Shown here piece by piece: positions 63,606-64,000 of a stretch of DNA of 64,000 nucleotides (positions are counted from its first letter, which is position 1; every line of letters begins with the position of its first letter). Location of the stretch: NCBI GenBank assembly GCA_013239625.1, contig MU055785.1:13241861-13305860 (forward strand), written 5' to 3'. The position numbers were made by a program, and so were the translations under genes. Below the pieces are notes generated by a model. It worked only from the letters and a program-made list of their open reading frames with translations, did not search any database and was not told where the DNA came from. Origin of the DNA: Lama guanicoe (taxonomy: Eukaryota).

Positions 63606-64000
63606 ATCTTGCTGATGGATGAGTCCATAAAAGTCTAATGTGCCGAGAAAGTTATCTGCCAGGCTCTCTTAGACACCTCCCCGCTGCCCAGCAAAAATGT
63701 GAATTAATTGGTTAAATTAATAAAGAGTGAATTCTGCGTGGCGGGCGCGGTTGCGCTGCCTGCCCCACCCAGCACTGACGGCGGGTCGGCCCACCGGGGG
63801 CGTCCCTGGTCGCCGAATTCGCTCGAAGCCGCTTTCTTCAGAGAAAACATGAAGCTCTCCGTCTGCCGTCAGCTCCGCGCCCCCCAAATCCTAACGTTTC
63901 TGTTTCAGGCGATCCGTGTCCGCATGCTTGCTGCCTATATTCGTTTTGTTTTGTTTTCTCTGCCTGCCCCGCTGCCACCAATAGAGAACAGAGGGTCCCA

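Overview
Mammalian genomic DNA, almost certainly a camelid (alpaca, llama or camel), judged by two Vic-1-type tRNA-derived SINEs. It comes from a gapped draft assembly with five N-runs. The window appears to lie inside the very large neural gene TMEM132C on the + strand. One 184-bp internal coding exon is visible (37328-37511), flanked by long introns full of old repeats (L1, L2, MIR, MLT1/MaLR LTRs, hAT MITEs). The other ORFs in the six-frame track look like chance ORFs in GC-rich intronic or repeat DNA, or are artefacts of the N-gaps. I found no demonstrably new multi-gene system. Best second-look candidates: (1) a decayed Gypsy-type integrase fossil on the minus strand (~29.9-30.4 kb); (2) a four-fold tandem NAG splice acceptor at the exon; (3) an intronic promoter-like CpG-rich module (GC box, CCAAT, GC box, CRE) at ~41 kb; (4) a 73-bp tandem duplication containing a CCAAT box, just upstream of a strong splice donor; (5) strong AT-to-GC drift of old L1 copies. 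Repeat names and the gene identity come from my recollection of consensus and protein sequences, not from searches, and repeat boundaries are approximate.
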